A stretch of 44,914 nt of DNA from IMG/VR virus record IMGVR_UViG_3300037044_000223, positions 1 through 44,914 of that record; one strand, given 5' to 3'. Shown one piece after another: positions 44,720 to 44,914 of the stretch. This stretch comes from a virus. Taxonomy: Duplodnaviria; Caudoviricetes. The first letter of the stretch is position 1, and every line of letters starts with the position of its first letter. The notes below the pieces were generated by a model. It ran no database searches, was not told the DNA's origin, and saw nothing but the letters and a program-made list of their open reading frames with translations. The position numbers and the translations under genes are program-made.

Positions 44720-44914
44720 GAGGAATCGAATGCCGAAAACTTGCTGATCCTGAAAGGCAACAAGCCCCTGGCGGACAGATATATTCAGAATTTTGAAACG
44801 CATAAGGGGCATTCGGAGGGATATATATGAAGATAATTTAAAAGTTGATAATTGACACGGTGCGGATACACCGCATAGGTGTTTGACCAGAAAAAAGCCT
44901 TCTTTCCCATTCAT

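Larger units (their letters stand above)
1..44914 (-). mobile_element. Lambda-like prophage (siphovirus); ends and integrase not seen in window
   Basis: Co-oriented genes in lambdoid order: repressor/cro, RecT, replication, terS/terL (GpA), gpW, portal, S49, capsid E, tail, lytic transglycosylase, fibres. Confidence 0.95.

Noticed and set aside
44705-44914. 69-aa minus-strand ORF at the window edge
   Set aside because: No motif, upstream context missing, and it overlaps a convergent ORF; cannot be supported

Overview
The whole window reads as a lambda-like (siphovirus) prophage, almost all on the minus strand. From right to left: a cI/cro-type switch; an early operon (tRNA-like RNA, PD-(D/E)XK nuclease, RecT, HU, DUF3102, replication initiator, DUF6475); terminase small and large (GpA) subunits with a small HTH gene; then gpW, lambda-type portal, S49 protease/scaffold, decoration protein, major capsid E, tail genes, lysis-region genes and fibre genes. 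No integrase or att site is visible. The host is probably a deltaproteobacterium (inference only). The main anomaly is a 9.7 kb insert between the terL/HTH genes and gpW. About 7.4 kb of it (23461-30830) is an apparently non-coding mosaic of dozens of repeated hairpin modules with compensatory base changes and a minus-strand folding bias, including two Flavo-1-like elements. It is followed by a small sigma-54-driven plus-strand operon. Other notable features: two B12-binding radical SAM genes coupled into the lysis region, a tape measure protein of only about 214 aa, a -1 frameshift tail chaperone, three MITE copies that supply stop codons, and heptamer-repeat palindromes at gene junctions. 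All protein and RNA family names come from motif recognition, not database searches.
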